NCBI GenBank assembly: GCA_046542315.1
Contig: JBKHBO010000003.1
Location: forward strand, 16,101 to 80,100
DNA: 64,000 nt
Direction of reading: 5' to 3'
Source: Clostridia bacterium
GTDB taxonomy: Bacteria > Bacillota > UBA994 > PWPR01
The position numbers were made by a program, and so were the translations under genes. The notes below the pieces were generated by a model, which was given only the letters and a program-made list of their open reading frames with translations, was not told the DNA's origin and ran no database searches. The number at the start of each line of letters is the position of its first letter. Positions within the stretch are counted from its first letter, which is position 1. Of the stretch, positions 37,235 through 47,539 are shown piece by piece.

Positions 37235-38425
37235 ATGAAAGTATATTTAAAACCAATTGTATCTAGTTTTCATGATGACGACAGGATTGATCAGACCACT
37301 TCAGAGTTTAATGATGCTCTAGAAAAAAATTTACTAAACCTTGGAATAGAGGTAAAAAATGAAGAAGAAGCTGACTTAACTATTTATTATATTAAGTCAG
37401 GAGGGACTGAGAATCTTTTTAAAAGTGAATTTGAACCTCAAGATATTAACCTTTTATTAACCACTACAATGCATAATTCTTTACCTGCTGCTTTAGAGAT
37501 TCATTCTTACCTTACAGATTTAGAATACAATGTAGAAATATTACACGGAAATCCAAAATATATTGCAAATAGAGTTTATACTTTTGCAAAAGTAATGGAA
37601 GCAAAAAGAAAATTAAAGGTTGATAAGCTTGGAGTTATAGGGGCTCCTTCAGATTGGTTAATTGCTTCAAATGTAGATTATGAAAGAATCAAAGATATTC
37701 TAGGGGTTGAATTGATAGATATCCCTCTGGAAGAGTTTTATAAAATTTGGGAAGAGTTCAAGCATTTAAGTGCTTCTACTCCATATGATAACGAAGAAGA
37801 GGTTAAAAGCTACAACCAAGAAAAAGTAAAAGAGTCAAACAGGATATACAAGGCTTTGAAAGTTATAATAAATAAATATGGTCTAACTGCTCTAACACTA
37901 CGATGCTTTGATTTGGTGAATAGGGGATGTGGAACTGGATGTTTAGCTTTGTCTTATTTAAATTCTGAAGGCATTATTTCTGGATGTGAAGGAGATATAC
38001 CAGCAGCTATATCAATGTTAGTTCTAAATAGATTGACAGACCAGCCTGTTTTTATGTCAAATCCTTCAAGGATTGATTTAGAGAAAAATACTGTTTTATT
38101 TGCACATTGCACACTCCCATGGAATATGACAGAAGATAGAGAACTAGATACTCATTTTGAGACAGGATTAGGAATAGGAGTCAGAGGTTACATTGAAAAA
38201 GGAGATGTAACTGTTTTTAAAGTAGGTAGGAATGTTGACCAATACTTTGTTTCTTCAGGAGAGCAGCTTAAAGCTGGTAATGAAGATGTGTTATGTAGAA
38301 CTCAAATGACAATTGAGTTAGCTAATGATGTTAATTACTTCCTTAAAAATCCTTTAGGCAACCATCATTTGATTTGTAAAGGCGAATATAGTGAATTAAT
38401 TGAAGAATTTTTTGAAAACTTGTAG
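37235..38425 (+). CDS. L-fucose/L-arabinose isomerase-fold family protein (function unknown)
   Basis: ATG 37235 lies 1 nt after the previous stop and follows GGAGGAG. GCEGDIPAAISMLVL, FAHCT and GNHH resemble fucose-isomerase family metal-site motifs. This call is from recall and is tentative. Confidence 0.5.
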   Translation: MKVYLKPIVSSFHDDDRIDQTTSEFNDALEKNLLNLGIEVKNEEEADLTIYYIKSGGTENLFKSEFEPQDINLLLTTTMHNSLPAALEIHSYLTDLEYNVEILHGNPKYIANRVYTFAKVMEAKRKLKVDKLGVIGAPSDWLIASNVDYERIKDILGVELIDIPLEEFYKIWEEFKHLSASTPYDNEEEVKSYNQEKVKESNRIYKALKVIINKYGLTALTLRCFDLVNRGCGTGCLALSYLNSEGIISGCEGDIPAAISMLVLNRLTDQPVFMSNPSRIDLEKNTVLFAHCTLPWNMTEDRELDTHFETGLGIGVRGYIEKGDVTVFKVGRNVDQYFVSSGEQLKAGNEDVLCRTQMTIELANDVNYFLKNPLGNHHLICKGEYSELIEEFFENL

Positions 38426-38447
38426 AATCACTAAGATAATTTTTTGA

Positions 38448-38489
38448 TTAACAATTCCCAGTAGCAATATTGCTACTGGGAATTGTTAA
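38448..38489. terminator. 42-nt perfect palindrome between convergent genes (probable bidirectional terminator)
   Basis: TTAACAATTCCCAGTAGCAA-TA-TTGCTACTGGGAATTGTTAA. It abuts the M42 stop codon. U-tracts are weak on both sides. Confidence 0.6.
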
Positions 38490-39539
38490 TTATTCAGATA
38501 ATAAATAACTATACAATAATTTGTATGTGTTAATTAGACCGTCTTTATGAGTTCTCTCCCAAGCATGAGAAGCATGAACCCCAGGGCCGATAAGTGCATG
38601 TTTAATGTTACTACCTGCTCTTAAAGCTGCAGAAGCATCTGAACCGTAATTAGGAAAGATGTCTACGCAATAATCTATTTCATTTTTTTTAGCTAGATCT
38701 ATAAGTTTAAGTTTGAAATCAAAATCATATGGTCCGCTGGAGTCTTTAGCAGCTATCGTAACCTTTTGTTCACTTCCTTGCAATCCTCCTCCAACACAGC
38801 CCATGTCAACAGCTAAAAATTCAACAGTTTTTTCTGGAGTCCCATAACTAGCGCCATGACCAACTTCTTCATAGTTAGTGATAAACATATTTAATGTATA
38901 TGGTAAAGTAGTTTTATCATCAACAAATTGCTTTATTACTCCCAACATAACAGCCACACTTGCTTTATCATCTAAATGCCTGGATTTGATAAAACCAGTA
39001 TCTGTTACTATGTGTCTTGGATCAAAAGCTATAAAGTTACCATTTTCAATCCCAAGCTTTCTTACATCTTCAGCGTTTTCTACAACAGCATCTAATCTAA
39101 CAATCATATTCTTTTCAACACGATCAGTTTCTTTGCTTTCACTACCAAAGACATGAGTGCTTGGAGACTTTGTCATTATTGTCCCCGTTATTTTTTCACC
39201 TTCATCAGTGATAACAGTACAATATTCACCCTCTACAGAGTTCCACATATATCCTCCAAGATTAGTCATTCTTAATGTTCCATCAGATTTTACTTCTCTT
39301 ACCATAGCACCAAGCGTGTCAACATGACCAGAGATAGTTCTCTGTTCATTGTCATTTTCACCTTTTATAGTAGCAACTAAGCCACCTTTATTAATCAGTT
39401 TATAATCGACATTCATATTATTCAACTCTTCTTGAATAATTGTCATAACTTCTTTTGTGTACCCGGTAGGACTCGGTGTGTTTAGAAGTTTTTCAAGTAT
39501 GCTCATTACATAATCTAAATTAACATTCACATCATTCAA
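38490..39539 (-). CDS. M42 family metallopeptidase (glutamyl aminopeptidase/FrvX-like)
   Basis: SGHVDTLGAMV, HLDDKASVAVML, TNYEEVGHGAS metal-ligand motifs. Confidence 0.8.
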   Translation of the reverse strand: MNDVNVNLDYVMSILEKLLNTPSPTGYTKEVMTIIQEELNNMNVDYKLINKGGLVATIKGENDNEQRTISGHVDTLGAMVREVKSDGTLRMTNLGGYMWNSVEGEYCTVITDEGEKITGTIMTKSPSTHVFGSESKETDRVEKNMIVRLDAVVENAEDVRKLGIENGNFIAFDPRHIVTDTGFIKSRHLDDKASVAVMLGVIKQFVDDKTTLPYTLNMFITNYEEVGHGASYGTPEKTVEFLAVDMGCVGGGLQGSEQKVTIAAKDSSGPYDFDFKLKLIDLAKKNEIDYCVDIFPNYGSDASAALRAGSNIKHALIGPGVHASHAWERTHKDGLINTYKLLYSYLLSE

Positions 39540-39561
39540 CCCCTTTAATATTACTACCTAC

Positions 39562-39590
39562 ATATTATATTATTTAAAAGAGTTGCTCAA
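39562..39590 (-). promoter_or_regulatory. possible sigma-A promoter for the M42 peptidase gene (TTGAGC, 17 nt, TAATAT on the - strand)
   Basis: The reverse complement of 39562-39590 gives -35 TTGAGC and -10 TAATAT. An AAAGGGG RBS follows before the ATG. Confidence 0.35.
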
Positions 39591-39698
39591 CTTAAAGTAT
39601 ATAATTTCTTGATTTGCCTTTAATTATTAATTATTATTTACACATTATCGATAAGATAGTATCATAACGACTGTAGTTTACTGATTAGATGAAATTAT

Positions 39699-39727
39699 TT
39701 GACTATTTAGAAAATTATGATTATTAT
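39699..39727 (+). promoter_or_regulatory. possible sigma-A promoter for topA (TTGACT, 17 nt, TATTAT)
   Basis: -35 at 39699-39704 and -10 at 39722-39727. Confidence 0.45.
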
Positions 39728-39779
39728 ATTAAACTTAGAAATAGCTTTATTGATTTTGGACTATACAGGAGGAAAAATA

Positions 39780-41873
39780 TTGTCAAAAATATTATTAATA
39801 GTTGAGTCGCCTACTAAAGCGAGAACAATAAAAAGTATTATAAAAGGTAAAAAGAATAAAGTAGATGTTATTGCTTCAAAAGGGCATGTTAGAGATTTAC
39901 CAAAAAGTAAATTTGGTGTAGATGTAGATAACGATTTTGAGCCTCATTACATTACAATTAGAGGAAAAGGTAAAGTTTTAGCAGAGTTAAGAAAAAAGGT
40001 GAAATCTGCAGACACAGTTCTATTAGCTACTGACCCAGATCGTGAAGGTGAAGCCATATCTTGGCATATTGCAGAGTCATTAAAATTAGATACAAACGAT
40101 AAAATTAGGGTAACTTTCCATGAAATCACATCAGAAGCAATTGAAAAAGCGTTTGCTAATCCAAGTGAGATTGACTTTAATTTAGTAGATGCACAACAAG
40201 CTAGAAGAATCTTAGATAGAGTTGTAGGATACAAGCTCAGTCCATTTTTATGGAAAAAAGTAAAAAGAGGCTTGAGTGCAGGAAGAGTGCAATCAGTTGC
40301 AGTAAAATTGATTGTTAATCGTGAAAGAGAAAGGGATAACTTTGTAGTTGAAGAGTACTGGACCCTTGATACTAAAATTAAAGATAAAAATGATGAAATA
40401 TTTGAAGGAAAATTAGATAAAATCGGCAAGAAAAAAGCTAATAAATTAAATAAAGAAGAAGTGCAGGAAGCTAAAGACTCTTTACTTAATAATACTGGCA
40501 TAGTTTCAAGTATTACTGAAAAGAAAAGAAGAAGACATTCTTATCCACCTTTTACTACAAGTTCGTTGCAGCAAGCAGCGGCCTCAGTATTTGGATTTTC
40601 TGCTTCTAAGACAATGGTTATAGCTCAGGCACTGTACGAAGGAAGAAAATTGGGCAATGAATTTGATTCTGGTTTGATAACCTATATGCGTACAGACTCA
40701 TACTCCATTAGTAGTGAAGCTATGAATTGGGCAAAAGAATTAATTAATGATAAATATGGAAGTAAAAATCATAAAAGAACTGCTTATAAAAGTAGAAAGA
40801 GTGCACAAGAAGCTCATGAGGCAATACGACCAACTGATAAAAGATTGACTCCAGAAGTAGCGAAAAAATACTTAAATAAGGATGAACATAAACTATATAC
40901 ACTTATTTGGAATAGATTCATTGCTTCACAAATGTCACCAGCTATTTATGAGATGAAAAAAGCTGAGATTAACTCAGGAAAATATACAATTGTAATATCA
41001 GGGTCAAAATTAATTTTTCCTGGACATCTATTAGCTGATGAATATGCATTAGAAAAAGCTAAAGAAACGGACAGAGAATTTCCTGATATAGAACAAGGGA
41101 TGAGTATTGAAATTATTGAAGCCAATGAGAATCAACATTTTACTGAACCTCCTGCAAGATATACAGAAGCTAGTTTGATTAAAGAGTTAGAGAACAAGGG
41201 TATTGGTAGACCGAGTACTTATGCACCAATTATATCCACAATTACTAAGCGTGGATATATTAAGAAGGAAGGTCGTTCTTTGTCTCCAGAAGAGTTGGCA
41301 GGAATCGTAACTGATATACTAGATAAATATTTTCCGTCTGTAATGGATATAGAATTCACAGCTAATATGGAAGATGATTTAGATAAGATAGCTGAAGGTA
41401 AAATGGAATGGAAAAAAGTATTAAAAGATTTTTATGGTAATTTTTCTAAGCAATTAGAAAAAGCAGAGGAAAATGCTGAAAGAGTAAAAATTGAGAAAAA
41501 AGTAATAGAGACTGATATAGAGTGTGATAAATGCGGTAGTATGATGGTTATAAGAGAAGGTAGATATGGAAAATTTCTAGCATGTTCTGCCTATCCAGAA
41601 TGCAAAAACACAAAACCTATTTTAGAGGAAATCGGTGTGCCTTGTCCAAAATGTGATGATGGGCAAGTTATAGTGAGAAGAACTAAAAGAGGAAAAATAT
41701 TTTATGGTTGTAGTAATTATCCGGATTGCGATTTTGTTTCTTGGGATAAACCAGTAGATAAAAAATGTCCTGAATGTGATAGTATTTTAGTAGAGAAGAA
41801 TAAGAAGGATCAAGTGATTCTAAAGTGTTCAAAAAAGGATTGTAATTATAAAGAAGAGGTTGAGAATGAATAA
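39780..41873 (+). CDS. topA: DNA topoisomerase I
   Basis: Start trimmed to TTG 39780, 7 nt after GGAGG. TOPRIM LLIVESPTKARTI, DPDREGEAISWH, active-site GLITYMRTDS, three C-terminal zinc ribbons. Confidence 0.95.
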   Translation: MSKILLIVESPTKARTIKSIIKGKKNKVDVIASKGHVRDLPKSKFGVDVDNDFEPHYITIRGKGKVLAELRKKVKSADTVLLATDPDREGEAISWHIAESLKLDTNDKIRVTFHEITSEAIEKAFANPSEIDFNLVDAQQARRILDRVVGYKLSPFLWKKVKRGLSAGRVQSVAVKLIVNRERERDNFVVEEYWTLDTKIKDKNDEIFEGKLDKIGKKKANKLNKEEVQEAKDSLLNNTGIVSSITEKKRRRHSYPPFTTSSLQQAAASVFGFSASKTMVIAQALYEGRKLGNEFDSGLITYMRTDSYSISSEAMNWAKELINDKYGSKNHKRTAYKSRKSAQEAHEAIRPTDKRLTPEVAKKYLNKDEHKLYTLIWNRFIASQMSPAIYEMKKAEINSGKYTIVISGSKLIFPGHLLADEYALEKAKETDREFPDIEQGMSIEIIEANENQHFTEPPARYTEASLIKELENKGIGRPSTYAPIISTITKRGYIKKEGRSLSPEELAGIVTDILDKYFPSVMDIEFTANMEDDLDKIAEGKMEWKKVLKDFYGNFSKQLEKAEENAERVKIEKKVIETDIECDKCGSMMVIREGRYGKFLACSAYPECKNTKPILEEIGVPCPKCDDGQVIVRRTKRGKIFYGCSNYPDCDFVSWDKPVDKKCPECDSILVEKNKKDQVILKCSKKDCNYKEEVENE

Positions 41874-43206
41874 CACAGTTCATATTGTTGGAGCAGGATT
41901 AGCTGGTTGCGAAGCTGCTTGGCAAGTAGCAAAAAGAGGATATGAAGTCAACTTATATGAAATGAGACCAAAAAAACAAACACCTGCACATCATACAGAG
42001 CTTTTTGCAGAATTAGTTTGTAGTAACTCCTTAAGGGCAGATCGCTTAACAAATGCGGTTGGTTTATTAAAAGAAGAAATGAGACAGATGGATTCTTTGA
42101 TTATGAAAGCAGCAGATACTTGCGCAGTTCCAGCAGGTGGAGCACTTGCAGTTGATAGAGTTAAATTTTCAGAATTTATTACTAAAAAAATTAAAGAGCA
42201 TCCATTAATAAATGTAATAAATGAAGAGGTTATAGATATAGATAAAGAGAAATTAACTATCATTGCTGCTGGCCCACTTTGCTCAGAAGAATTAGCAAAT
42301 TCATTAAAAGAGTTAGTTGAAGAAGAGTACTTACATTTTTTTGACGCAGCAGCTCCAATAGTTACAAAAGAGTCTATAGACTTCTCAAAGGCTTTTTATG
42401 GAGCTAGATATGAGGAAGACTCAACAGACTACATTAATTGTCCCATGAATAAAGAGCAATATCAGGAATTTTATAATCAACTTATAAACGCTGAAGTACA
42501 AGAAATGAAAGAATTTGAAGAAATAAATATTTTTGAAGGTTGTATGCCTATTGAAGAAATGGCAAATAGGGGCGAAAAAACACTTCTTTTTGGACCATTA
42601 AAACCTGTAGGATTATCTAATGACAATTGTGATACTTTTCATGCTGTTGTACAATTGAGGCAGGATAATAAAGAAGGAACACTATATAACCTAGTGGGGT
42701 TTCAAACGAGACTGAAGTGGCCAGAACAAAAAAGGGTATTCAGACTGATCCCTGGATTAGAGAAAGCTGAATTTGTAAGGCTAGGGGTAATGCATCGAAA
42801 TACATTCATAAACTCACCAGCATTACTTTTACCAACTGGTCAATTGAAAGCTTTTGACAATATTCTCATTGCTGGGCAAATTTCGGGTGTTGAGGGATAT
42901 GTAGAATCAGCTGCTAGTGGACTAATATGTGGTATAAACGTAACTCTGGTTTTAGAAGATAAAAGAACTTTAAATTGGCCTATTGAAACTGCACACGGAT
43001 CTTTAATGAACTACATCACTACTAGCGTGAAAAAGGATTTTCAACCTATGAATATAACATTTGGTTTAATACCCCCTTTAGAAGAAAGAATCAGAAAGCG
43101 TAAAGAAAAGAGATTAAAGATTTCAATTAGAGCACTCAAATCGCTAGAGGAATTTATTAAAGAAGAAAAAATTAATGAAATTGGTGAGGTGGCAGATAAT
43201 GTTTAA
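41866..43206 (+). CDS. trmFO: methylenetetrahydrofolate--tRNA-(uracil54-C5)-methyltransferase TrmFO
   Basis: MNNTVHIVGAGLAGCEAAWQ FAD-binding N-terminus. topA-trmFO-hslVU-codY synteny. Confidence 0.9.
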   Translation: MNNTVHIVGAGLAGCEAAWQVAKRGYEVNLYEMRPKKQTPAHHTELFAELVCSNSLRADRLTNAVGLLKEEMRQMDSLIMKAADTCAVPAGGALAVDRVKFSEFITKKIKEHPLINVINEEVIDIDKEKLTIIAAGPLCSEELANSLKELVEEEYLHFFDAAAPIVTKESIDFSKAFYGARYEEDSTDYINCPMNKEQYQEFYNQLINAEVQEMKEFEEINIFEGCMPIEEMANRGEKTLLFGPLKPVGLSNDNCDTFHAVVQLRQDNKEGTLYNLVGFQTRLKWPEQKRVFRLIPGLEKAEFVRLGVMHRNTFINSPALLLPTGQLKAFDNILIAGQISGVEGYVESAASGLICGINVTLVLEDKRTLNWPIETAHGSLMNYITTSVKKDFQPMNITFGLIPPLEERIRKRKEKRLKISIRALKSLEEFIKEEKINEIGEVADNV

Positions 43207-43747
43207 AGGAACTACTATAGTAGCTATAAAGAAAGATGGAATAACAGCAATAGCGGGAGATGGTCAAATCACTTTAGGCGAGCAAACAATAATGAAAGCA
43301 AGTGCTAAAAAAGTAAGAAGAATATACAATGATCAGATAATAGTCGGCTTTGCAGGAGCTGTAGCCGATGCATTTGCTTTAGAAGAAAGGTTTGAAGAAA
43401 TGCTCAATAAGTATTCAGGAAACTTGTTAAGATCAGCTGTAGAACTAGCTAAAGAGTGGAGAACAGACAAAGTATTACGTCAACTTCAAGCTCTATTATT
43501 AGTTGCTGATGAAGATCAGCTGTTATTAATATCTGGAAATGGTGATGTTATTGAGCCTGAAGATGGAATTATGTCTATCGGTTCTGGAGGTAATTACGCA
43601 CTAGCTGCAAGTAGAGCCTTAGTCAAAAATACTGATTTAGATGCAAAATCAATTGCAATTGAATCTTTGAAAATAGCCGCAGAGATTTGTGTATTTACAA
43701 ATGATGCTATTACCTGTGAAGTTATTGGAGGAGAACAAAATGAGTAA
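43199..43747 (+). CDS. hslV: ATP-dependent protease subunit HslV
   Basis: ATG 43199 follows [24 protein letters not shown]...GDGQITLG places the N-terminal nucleophile after a short propeptide. Confidence 0.9.
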   Translation: MFKGTTIVAIKKDGITAIAGDGQITLGEQTIMKASAKKVRRIYNDQIIVGFAGAVADAFALEERFEEMLNKYSGNLLRSAVELAKEWRTDKVLRQLQALLLVADEDQLLLISGNGDVIEPEDGIMSIGSGGNYALAASRALVKNTDLDAKSIAIESLKIAAEICVFTNDAITCEVIGGEQNE

Positions 43748-45122
43748 TCTGACCCCAAGAGAAATAGTTAGTAACTTAGATCAATATATAATAGGACAAG
43801 AAGATGCAAAAAAAGCTGTAGCTATAGCTTTAAGGAATAGACATAGAAGAAAGATGCTTTCAGAAGAGCTGCAAGAGGAAATAATGCCTAAAAACATTAT
43901 AATGATGGGTCCAACTGGTGTTGGAAAAACTGAAATAGCAAGAAGATTGGCAAATTTAGTCAATGCGCCTTTTATTAAAGTTGAAGCTACAAAGTTTACT
44001 GAAGTAGGCTATGTCGGTAGAAGTGCAGAGTCTATGGTCAGAGAACTATTAGAAACTGCAATAAGAATGGAAAAAACATCTAGGATGAAATCAAATGAAA
44101 AAAGAGCGGAAGAGTTAGCTAATCAAAGGATTTTAGATTTATTGGTTAATCCTAGAAAAAGTACTTCAAGTGGAAATCCACTAGGAAATATTTTTGGGTA
44201 TACTCAGAAGCAACCAGAAAAAAGAACTGAAACAGATGAAGAAAGAGCACATAGAGATAAGTTAAGGCAAAGACTTAACAATGGTGAGCTAGAGAAAATG
44301 ATCATTGAAATTGAAGTAGAAGAAAAGAATTCTACGATGCAATTTGTAGGTGGAGCTGGTATGGATGACCTAGGAATTAATATCGGTGATCTTTTTGGAA
44401 ATGTTTTACCATCTAAGAAAAAGAAGAAAAGAGTTTCAATTAAGGAAGCTAGAGAAATTTTAGCTTCTGAAGAAGCTGAAAATCTTTTAGATATGGATGA
44501 TGTAGTAAATACAGCAATTGAAATGACCGAACAAAATGGAATTGTTTTTTTAGATGAAATAGACAAAATAGCTTCAAAAACAGGCTCTGGAGGCGGACCA
44601 GATGTATCTAGAGAAGGTGTTCAAAGAGACATTCTACCTATAGTAGAAGGCACAACTGTAACTACAAAATATGGTCCTGTAAAAACAGATTATGTTTTAT
44701 TCATTGCTGCTGGGGCTTTTCATGTAGCAAGTCCATCTGATTTAATACCAGAGTTGCAAGGTAGATTCCCGTTAAGAGTTGAACTCAATAGTCTTTCTGA
44801 GGATGATTTGAGAAGAATATTGATTGAGCCAAAGCACTCTCTAATAAAGCAATACACAGCTTTATTGGCTACTGAGAAGGTTGATTTGCAATTTACTGAT
44901 GATGCAATCAAAGAGATTGCTTTTAATGCTAAAGAAGTCAATGAGAATTCAGAAAATATTGGTGCTAGAAGACTACATACGATTTTAGAAAAGATTTTAG
45001 AGGATGTATCTTTCAATGCTAGTGAAATGGAAACAGAGAAATTTGTTATTGACAGATCTTACATTAAAGAAAAATTAGATGAAATTATTAGAGACGATGA
45101 TTTAAAAAGATATATTATTTAG
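43740..45122 (+). CDS. hslU: ATP-dependent protease ATPase subunit HslU
   Basis: ATG 43740. [17 protein letters not shown], Walker [16 protein letters not shown], Walker [10 protein letters not shown]. Confidence 0.95.
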   Translation: MSNLTPREIVSNLDQYIIGQEDAKKAVAIALRNRHRRKMLSEELQEEIMPKNIIMMGPTGVGKTEIARRLANLVNAPFIKVEATKFTEVGYVGRSAESMVRELLETAIRMEKTSRMKSNEKRAEELANQRILDLLVNPRKSTSSGNPLGNIFGYTQKQPEKRTETDEERAHRDKLRQRLNNGELEKMIIEIEVEEKNSTMQFVGGAGMDDLGINIGDLFGNVLPSKKKKKRVSIKEAREILASEEAENLLDMDDVVNTAIEMTEQNGIVFLDEIDKIASKTGSGGGPDVSREGVQRDILPIVEGTTVTTKYGPVKTDYVLFIAAGAFHVASPSDLIPELQGRFPLRVELNSLSEDDLRRILIEPKHSLIKQYTALLATEKVDLQFTDDAIKEIAFNAKEVNENSENIGARRLHTILEKILEDVSFNASEMETEKFVIDRSYIKEKLDEIIRDDDLKRYII

Positions 45123-45129
45123 GGTTATC

Positions 45130-45891
45130 ATGGAAATTATAGATAAAATAACTAGCTTAAAACAATACTTTTTAATGAACATTAATGATTTAGATGCAAA
45201 AGACTTAATCTATCATTTATCACAAATTAATGCTGTGGACGTTTTTCATATTACAGACGAGTTGGAGATATTAAACTATCATTTAAATGAAGAAAACAAC
45301 GAAGAGTTTTATGAGAAAACATTAGAGTCAGGGTTTATGGAGTTAAATGATTTTTCATTTGATATAACTACTCCTGTTGTCAAAGAATATGATGTTGGTC
45401 AAAGGGCTTTGTTGTATGACAACAAAGACTGGAGCATATTAACCAATGTTTATGCGATCCCACTTGTAAAAAATGGACAAGATTATGAGCACCTTATATT
45501 ATTTAAATATGAAGATCAATTTGAGCAAGACTTTATATACTTTGCAATTATTATTAGTTTGATTTTTTCAGTATTAGTTCAAAGTAAAATAAAAGACTTC
45601 AAAAAGAACAAAGATGAAAGCAAACAAAAAGTTCAGATTGCCATTGATGCTCTTTCATATTCTGAAATGCAAGCAGCGAAGCATATATTAGATAAAATTG
45701 AAGGATCAGAAGGATATTTAGTTGCATCGAAAGTAGCTGATAAATTTGAAATAACTAGATCAATCATTGTAAATGCTTTAAGAAAGTTAGAAAGTGCAGG
45801 TTTAATTAAGTCTAAATCACTAGGAATGAAGGGAACTCATATAAAAATACTCAATGAGGACTTGAAGGATATATTAAATATAAGAGATTAG
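45130..45891 (+). CDS. codY: GTP-sensing pleiotropic transcriptional regulator CodY
   Basis: C-terminal winged-HTH [38 protein letters not shown]. Follows hslU. The N-terminal GAF region looks diverged. Confidence 0.85.
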   Translation: MEIIDKITSLKQYFLMNINDLDAKDLIYHLSQINAVDVFHITDELEILNYHLNEENNEEFYEKTLESGFMELNDFSFDITTPVVKEYDVGQRALLYDNKDWSILTNVYAIPLVKNGQDYEHLILFKYEDQFEQDFIYFAIIISLIFSVLVQSKIKDFKKNKDESKQKVQIAIDALSYSEMQAAKHILDKIEGSEGYLVASKVADKFEITRSIIVNALRKLESAGLIKSKSLGMKGTHIKILNEDLKDILNIRD

Positions 45892-45896
45892 AATGC

Positions 45897-45925
45897 TTGC
45901 TAGTGATTGTATCATATGATATAAT
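45897..45925 (+). promoter_or_regulatory. sigma-A promoter with extended -10 (TTGCTA, 17 nt, TGaTATAAT) for rpsB-tsf
   Basis: -35 at 45897-45902 and -10 at 45920-45925. Leaves a leader of about 105-110 nt before rpsB. Confidence 0.55.
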
Positions 45926-46037
45926 TACTCGGGTATAAAAACACACATTCATTGATAGAAGGGCGGGTGCTCTTGAAAAAGAGAGTTGCCTAACTAGCCG
46001 ATATGAATGGAGGAAAAAACCAAGGAGGAATTTATTA

Positions 46038-46778
46038 ATGTCAGTAGTAACAATGAAACAATTATTAGAATCGGGTGTGCATTTTGGTCATCAAACACGA
46101 AGATGGAATCCAAAAATGGACCGTTATATTTTTACCGAAAGAAACGGTATCTATATAATTGACCTTCAACAAACAGTTAAAATGGTAGAAGATGCATATG
46201 ACTTTATCAGAAACGTAGCAGCAGAAGGAAATAACGTCCTTTTTGTTGGTACAAAAAAGCAAGCTAGAGATAGCATTGAAGAAGAAGCTGAAAGATGTGG
46301 TATGCCATATGTGAGCCAAAGATGGCTTGGAGGCACACTTACTAATTTTCAAACAATTAATAAGAGGATTAGAAGACTTCACCAACTGAATGAAATGGAA
46401 GAAGACGGTAGTTTAGAAATTCTGCCTAAGAAGGAAGTTGGAGAATTACTTAAAGAGAGAGATAAATTAGAGAAGTTTTTAGGCGGAATTAAAAATATGA
46501 AAGATCTGCCTGCAGCGATATTTATTGTAGACCCTAGAAAAGAGAATATTGCAATAAAAGAAGCAATTAAACTTGGTATACCAATAGTTGCAATTGTTGA
46601 TACAAATTGCGACCCAGATCTAATTGATTATGTAATTCCTGGCAATGATGATGCAATAAGAGCAGTAAAGCTATTTTCATCAATAATTGCAGATGCAGTA
46701 TTAGAGGGTAATCAAGGAGCTTCTGCTGAAGAAATGGATAATAATCAAGACGAATTTTTAGAAGAAATAGAAGAATAA
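46038..46778 (+). CDS. rpsB: 30S ribosomal protein S2
   Basis: [19 protein letters not shown]. Confidence 0.95.
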   Translation: MSVVTMKQLLESGVHFGHQTRRWNPKMDRYIFTERNGIYIIDLQQTVKMVEDAYDFIRNVAAEGNNVLFVGTKKQARDSIEEEAERCGMPYVSQRWLGGTLTNFQTINKRIRRLHQLNEMEEDGSLEILPKKEVGELLKERDKLEKFLGGIKNMKDLPAAIFIVDPRKENIAIKEAIKLGIPIVAIVDTNCDPDLIDYVIPGNDDAIRAVKLFSSIIADAVLEGNQGASAEEMDNNQDEFLEEIEE

Positions 46779-46794
46779 TTACGGGGGTTTAACA

Positions 46795-47439
46795 ATGGTA
46801 ACAACAGATATGATCAAAGAATTAAGAACTTTAACTGGTGCAGGGATATTAGATTGCAGAAATGCACTAAGAGAATGTGAAGGCAATGTTGAAGAAGCTG
46901 TTGATTATTTGAGAGCAAAAGGGTTAGCTTCTGCAGCAAAAAAATCTGGCAGAATTGCTAGTGAAGGTGTTGTAACTTCATATATTCATGGTAATGGAAA
47001 GATTGGCGTTTTAGTTGAAGTCAACTGCGAAACAGACTTCGTTGCTAAAAATGAAGATTTTCAAAATTTAGCTAAAGACATTGCAATGCAAATTGCAGCT
47101 GCTAGACCTGAGTATGTAAGAAGAGAAGAAGTACCAGCTGAAGTAATTGAAAAAGAGAGAGCAGTTATTAAAGAAATGACTTTAAATGAAGGCAAACCAG
47201 AACACATAGTCGATAAAATTGTTGATGGTAGAATGAATAAATTCTTTAACGGAATTTGCTTGTTAGAGCAGCCTTTCATTAAAGATACTGATAAGACTGT
47301 TGAAGACTTATTAAAAGAAAAGATTGCTGCTATTGGAGAAAACATCCAAGTTAGACGTTTTACTCGATACGAAATGGGAGAAGGTATTGAGAAAAAACAA
47401 GAAGACTTTGCTGATGAAGTAGCATCTATGATAAAGTAG
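46795..47439 (+). CDS. tsf: translation elongation factor Ts (short form)
   Basis: [22 protein letters not shown]-like N-terminus. Confidence 0.95.
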   Translation: MVTTDMIKELRTLTGAGILDCRNALRECEGNVEEAVDYLRAKGLASAAKKSGRIASEGVVTSYIHGNGKIGVLVEVNCETDFVAKNEDFQNLAKDIAMQIAAARPEYVRREEVPAEVIEKERAVIKEMTLNEGKPEHIVDKIVDGRMNKFFNGICLLEQPFIKDTDKTVEDLLKEKIAAIGENIQVRRFTRYEMGEGIEKKQEDFADEVASMIK

Positions 47440-47447
47440 TAAATTAG

Positions 47448-47475
47448 GGAACACACTTTTTGTGTTCCTTTTTTT
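47448..47475 (+). terminator. rho-independent terminator
   Basis: GGAACACA-CTTTT-TGTGTTCC followed by TTTTTTT. Confidence 0.85.
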
Positions 47476-47539
47476 AAGCAGTATTAGAGAGGAATTTAGA
47501 ATTTTTTATCGAAGCAAAATATTCAGGAGGTGCTCTTTT

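Noticed and set aside
35014-38425. Interpretation as a classical Type II restriction-modification system
   Set aside because: Neither downstream protein shows a nuclease motif I can recognise. One has clear PP2C motifs and the other isomerase-like motifs. I kept the block as a speculative finding and do not call it R-M.
39947-40501. 184-aa minus-strand ORF inside topA
   Set aside because: It is a shadow ORF opposite a strongly supported gene, with low-complexity Ser/Leu-rich sequence.
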